Positions 40,001-42,980 of a DNA stretch of 42,980 bases are shown in pieces. The stretch covers positions 1 through 42,980 of the forward strand of contig JBGVFW010000281.1 of assembly GCA_045121315.1 (NCBI GenBank), read 5' to 3'. The stretch is from Eubacteriales bacterium. Lineage in GTDB: Bacteria > Bacillota > Clostridia > Oscillospirales > CAG-272. Position numbers and translations under genes: made by a program. The notes below the pieces were generated by a model, which saw only the letters and a program-made list of their open reading frames with translations, ran no database searches and had not been told where the DNA came from. Position 1 is the first letter of the stretch. Each line of letters starts with the position of its first letter.

Positions 40001-42980
40001 GATACGCGGCAGCGGTATAGAAAGCGGAAAATTCAGAATCTATGAGCAATTTCAAAAAGGTTTGTCAGCAAAAGAAAATATCACTTTTCTGAAAAATGAG
40101 TATGGCATTGGCGGTTGTTCAGAAATCATTCCCTATACCGGTATCGCAGAAGATCATAACGGTCAGGGAATCCTTCTGCGGCTTGGTTATCAAGAAAACT
40201 CACCGCGTCAGCAATTGACTTGGAAGCAAGTTGAAAAACGAATTGGTGAGCTGATACAAAACGCTCTTTATCTTAATCAATCGGAAAAAGAACACTATCC
40301 TGATTGGCTGAAACAACAGGAACAGCGCAGAGCTGAACTGAAATCAGAGCGTGAATTAAGAGATGCTGTATATCAGCCGTCTGAGCCAACAAAAGCTGCT
40401 TACAGTCCGACAATGCAGGAATATTTCAAGGTAAAGGGCGAAAACCCTGACAGTATTATTCTGTTCCAGATTGGCGCGTTTTATGAAGCAATGGGAGACG
40501 ACGCAAAAGTAGTGTCCGAAGCGCTCGAATTGATTGTTACTAGCCGCCGTTTGTTAGGCGACGAAGGCATAGAAATGTGCGGCTTTCCTGAAAACCGACT
40601 GGAAACAAACCTGAATATGCTCCTTGACAGAGGTTATTCAGTTGGTGTTTCAAGTGTTGATGAAAACGGCAACCGTTCTTTTATCCTGATGGTATCAGAT
40701 AGGGCGCATGAGCCGATAAATTCAGAGCCGGTAGGCAGGATTGATTATCTGACTGCGGAAGGTGAGCTTGATCGCTCAATCGAGTACACCAATCCCACAA
40801 TGCTTGAAAAGGATATAAAGGAAGAAAGTACCTATGATGTAAAAATGGCAGTCTATCTCTATCGTGATAAAGACGGTAGGGTTATGCAGCATGATTTTAT
40901 TGATAGGTTGCCAAATCCCTTGCAGCACTTTGAGATTATCGACAAACCTGCTTCACAGTCTGAGCATGACGTTCTTTTGAATCGGGCGCAGGAGCTGATA
41001 AGTGAGTACATGGACGCAGAATTTGGCAGTGATAATGACGAACCGTATGAACTCCCGGAAGATATTTCTGACGTTAATCTGGCGTATACAACTACCGAAG
41101 ATGAACAGCATGAAATTACTGCTGACGCAAACCTCGTCGATTTCCGTATCGAAACGAAAATTGACGGCAAGGTCGTCCGAACAGAGCAGTATGACTCTTT
41201 ACTGGATATGGTGGAAAACGGTCTGGACGGATTGAGGTTTGACGACCTTGTGTATGTCAGCGATGAAGAACTGGCACCGTTCTATGATGAACCAACAGAG
41301 GAAAAAAACGACGTGCTTCCTGCTGAAAAGCCTTCATTGAAGCTGACGCAGGAAGATATTGACAGTCTGATCATTCAGCGCGCAACCACTGCCAACGCAA
41401 AGCTGCGTGCTTTTCATGCGGTACACGGCGGTGAGAGCGACGACACAATTATTAGCATTCTCAGAGAGGGATACAGTCAAAACGGCAAGACAATAAGATC
41501 GGACAGCGGAATGCCATTGTATATCAGCTGTGACTTTAGAGGAATCTTTGTAGGAGACTTTGAGAATCGTTTTACACCTGTGCTTCTGACCTATCATCAA
41601 CTGTTACAGCGTATCAAGGAACTTACGCTTACCAATCGCTATCTTTCAGATTCGGAGTATTTGGCGTATGCGGAGGAATATCGTCTCTTTGATAAAGCCG
41701 AAAGACTGAGAGAAGTGAATTTTCAATATAGTGCCGGAGATACCATCTATCTCAGCGGACAGCCGTATATCATTTCTGATTTGAGCGGTGACACTGTAAC
41801 GGTTTACCAACCGGATGCGCCGTTGTTTGTTCATAACTATGACCGTGCGGAGTTTGAAGCGCTGCTGCTGCAAAATATTGACGACAATATGCAGCTTGTT
41901 GTCAAGCCGCAAACGCATTATGAGATCTATCAGCTTGTCGATTCAGAAAGAACGGATAAATACATGTTTTTATCCTTAAAAGCGCTTGAAGATTCTCATC
42001 TTACTATTGAGCGTTCCAACTATACCTTAGTGTATACAGGAACTCTTGGGGAGAGCGAAAACATTGATTCTCTGTATGAGCGTTTTAACATTCATGCTCC
42101 ATCTGACTTCTATGGTTATTCAATGTCGGTTTCTGATGTTGTAGTGCTCACAAGAAATGATGTGAGCGTGGCTTACTATTGTGACGACGTAGGCTTCACC
42201 GAAATTCCGGGATTTATGACTTACGAGCGCATAAGGGACTATGTGTTGTTTCATCCGCAGGAGCGCACCGTTTCATGGATTTATTTCAATCCTGATGGCA
42301 ATCTTGGGAATGGACAAATTGTCCACGAATTTATTTCCGTAGACGAACTGGCAAGCCGTATTGATTCGTTGACGAGAGACGAGTTGCCGGATTATTTTTC
42401 AGATTTCGGAACGCAGCAAGTGTATGACATTGAGAATCCTGAATGGTATACAACCGAGTATGACCAATACGCCAATGAACAGCCTGCCGGTTTGAGAATG
42501 GTTTGGAATTCACACATGTCAGATGAAAACTACGAAGCCTTTAAGGATATTGTCAAGGAATTTCAGCAGGCTTCAAAAGTTTATCAAGCGCCGCAAGTTG
42601 TTATCAATTTTTCGGAGCACCCTGCACTGTATCAAATTTCTCATGAAAAAACAAGACTCAGTTTTACCTATGCGAACGAGCTGCTTGGCAGACTGGATAT
42701 GTTGGAGAATGCCAAACGCGAAAATCCTGCGGCTGGTTTCTACTACAAAACCGATTACACCGTTTATGGTTCTGAAGACGGAATAAATCTTGTTCGTCTG
42801 AACGGACGATATGACCTTGCCGATGGTGAAACAAATCTGGTCGGTCATATTGAACGTGTCAGAAAAGCAGAAAGCGGCGAAAACGCAGAGACGTTAAGCG
42901 CTTGGCTGTCTATGTTGCAGGACAGCATTGAGAGCAATCCTTTGACAGAAGCGGAAAAGAATGAGATTGACCAGATAGTG
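37077..42980 (+). CDS. Giant multidomain 'polyvalent' protein, 3'-partial (at least 1968 codons, runs off the window)
   Basis: Not in the supplied ORF track because no stop is reached. The frame is open from the stop at 37008-37010 to nt 42980. ATG 37077 follows SD AAGGAG (alternative ATG 37053). Domains recognised by eye are an ArdC-N-like domain (about 37150-37320), a Pol-beta-type nucleotidyltransferase VSGSRCRALEHNGSDLDVVIEV (about 37860-38170), a MutS domain-I-like segment MQEYFKVKGENPDSIILFQIGAFYEAMGDDA...MCGFPE (about 40409-40700), and a YodL-like domain (about 41915-42215). Confidence 0.85.
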   Translation, partial: MNEKYLKLTKQFNDTVSQLSQSPAEFNRFLRVAAFNYRLTFQNAVLAYAQDTGSDLLLTYEQWQSYRRVPKRHTKATLLFDVNHRGRYVVTFPMSRTVVDKRIHRYRELRLFDYRNDAAVVEALKAVFQTDADNLAEILYAENLKRFESNFDEAYPAFENETDFLAKAVTNMLMCRFGEEMPYKTFSFSDGINRDNIEHIYQMVIDVFRAEYAEIVTALPAELEKAREQKEDNDLSFDVTGKQDVISLFKEKTNELFHSIDGLSPSEIEQIVREYAESIFAENEISAEIVGIAVSGSRCRALEHNGSDLDVVIEVQSDTKETALFNLLNEHAFEIGGVRVDINPIKADETGTLSEYLPTVEKYLNQIEILDYGKYIIDSSSVFHAKRGSIYTIPIDTSPNLRRRLEKVGLVPRDEMTDVVFESDNGSWNKLIIPDRYGNKTNSIDISDVLSQGEMSVAQKILNDVIEREQSIEKAKQNINKDDIEILQTLEPRKSVLNFSQDELARTSVWSERFAADIGKKSPFYRSENGEWRDRDESKSQIITVEAVETDFQSVRNDIKAQKIKRGITVNKDTLWSIQISRKGLEDSVKYGFNHKNGNIYSLLYAIQNIVANSVLLDSNISENNNNNKAYNTAFMHKLYAICRIGDQPVLAKLTVEEFLDGKGSTLKRMYNLQDIKTEPLRHIEFTDNQLARSVLNGSEISVADLFRVVKALDKDFYLNKQPHEQAKVFQVITNAGDDGGYDEKPEHGTLDEAIQAGNQYIADGYIGFSVYNEETKRIEYVSGQFDVESAYSAEILEINQIPVPSDLNNQYVQGDTNFNIFDEEAERKKYPFFGHSEIVNEMLSATPYLKANLDEIRAYFESETDAVVRQQYIRGVFNDDFSEVILSDGTRVGYKTYENGLLIWKGRYPNREGQRFLHWDNVVGHFDAMRMLGMLHNGAFANDMHNGQLTLVQGINDEPEKAFTFSQEVIDKALIRGSGIESGKFRIYEQFQKGLSAKENITFLKNEYGIGGCSEIIPYTGIAEDHNGQGILLRLGYQENSPRQQLTWKQVEKRIGELIQNALYLNQSEKEHYPDWLKQQEQRRAELKSERELRDAVYQPSEPTKAAYSPTMQEYFKVKGENPDSIILFQIGAFYEAMGDDAKVVSEALELIVTSRRLLGDEGIEMCGFPENRLETNLNMLLDRGYSVGVSSVDENGNRSFILMVSDRAHEPINSEPVGRIDYLTAEGELDRSIEYTNPTMLEKDIKEESTYDVKMAVYLYRDKDGRVMQHDFIDRLPNPLQHFEIIDKPASQSEHDVLLNRAQELISEYMDAEFGSDNDEPYELPEDISDVNLAYTTTEDEQHEITADANLVDFRIETKIDGKVVRTEQYDSLLDMVENGLDGLRFDDLVYVSDEELAPFYDEPTEEKNDVLPAEKPSLKLTQEDIDSLIIQRATTANAKLRAFHAVHGGESDDTIISILREGYSQNGKTIRSDSGMPLYISCDFRGIFVGDFENRFTPVLLTYHQLLQRIKELTLTNRYLSDSEYLAYAEEYRLFDKAERLREVNFQYSAGDTIYLSGQPYIISDLSGDTVTVYQPDAPLFVHNYDRAEFEALLLQNIDDNMQLVVKPQTHYEIYQLVDSERTDKYMFLSLKALEDSHLTIERSNYTLVYTGTLGESENIDSLYERFNIHAPSDFYGYSMSVSDVVVLTRNDVSVAYYCDDVGFTEIPGFMTYERIRDYVLFHPQERTVSWIYFNPDGNLGNGQIVHEFISVDELASRIDSLTRDELPDYFSDFGTQQVYDIENPEWYTTEYDQYANEQPAGLRMVWNSHMSDENYEAFKDIVKEFQQASKVYQAPQVVINFSEHPALYQISHEKTRLSFTYANELLGRLDMLENAKRENPAAGFYYKTDYTVYGSEDGINLVRLNGRYDLADGETNLVGHIERVRKAESGENAETLSAWLSMLQDSIESNPLTEAEKNEIDQIV
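42310..42326. repeat. Palindrome copy 18, ATGGACAAATTGTCCAC (16/17)
   Basis: Inside the giant ORF, read as NGQIVH. Confidence 0.85.

Larger units (their letters stand above)
1..42980. mobile_element. Segment of a conjugative/mobilisable integrative element (plasmid-like ICE), Firmicutes type
   Basis: Co-occurrence of relaxase+MobC+oriT-like inverted repeats, ParA/ParB, TopB, Toprim primase-like protein, SSB, ArdC-like protein, tyrosine integrase next to a tRNA 3' fragment, sortase pilus locus and TA modules. No T4SS ATPase or coupling protein is visible in this window. Confidence 0.7.

Noticed and set aside
37098-42848. Minus-strand and off-frame ORFs listed in the track here (e.g. 37308..37850 -, 39231..39584 -, 40859..41170 -, 42573..42848 -, 41002..41235 +).
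   Set aside because: All lie antisense to, or out of frame with, the uninterrupted 1968-codon frame starting at 37077, which has recognisable domains. They lack SDs and have odd composition, so they are shadow ORFs.

Overview
This window reads as a large segment of a Firmicutes/Clostridia-type conjugative or mobilisable integrative element with a plasmid-like backbone.

Gene content, left to right:
- a Big_2 surface protein, TopB, a Toprim primase-like protein and a winged-helix Rep-like protein
- an accessory block of unknown genes that includes two tandem paralogues
- a zeta-toxin module and an array of small ORFs
- a tyrosine integrase next to a 45-nt tRNA-Met 3' fragment (attP-like)
- ParA/ParB and two SpoVG-like proteins
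- a sortase-dependent pilus/adhesin locus with 2 sortases, a pilin and a 1.5-kaa adhesin
- SSB, a G5/cell-wall hydrolase, and oriT-MobC-relaxase
- an ArdC-like protein and YafQ/DinJ
- a giant ORF open from 37077 to the window end (at least 1968 codons), which is absent from the supplied ORF track

The most unusual signal is an odd-length 17-bp inverted repeat, GTGGACAAWTTGTCCAC. It occurs 18 times (11 perfect copies).
- It marks nearly every gene-module boundary between 6 and 15 kb.
- It lies just upstream of parA and twice inside parB.
- It is embedded in frame in several coding sequences.
- I interpret it as a candidate operator/centromere (KorB-like) or cassette-boundary network. That interpretation is inference.

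Other leads:
- a roughly 45-aa C-terminal module shared by the relaxase (3 copies), the ArdC-like protein and the zeta-like kinase
- two candidate structured sRNAs driven by consensus promoters
- a repeated 34-nt leader sequence

All protein family calls come from motif recognition by eye, with no database search.
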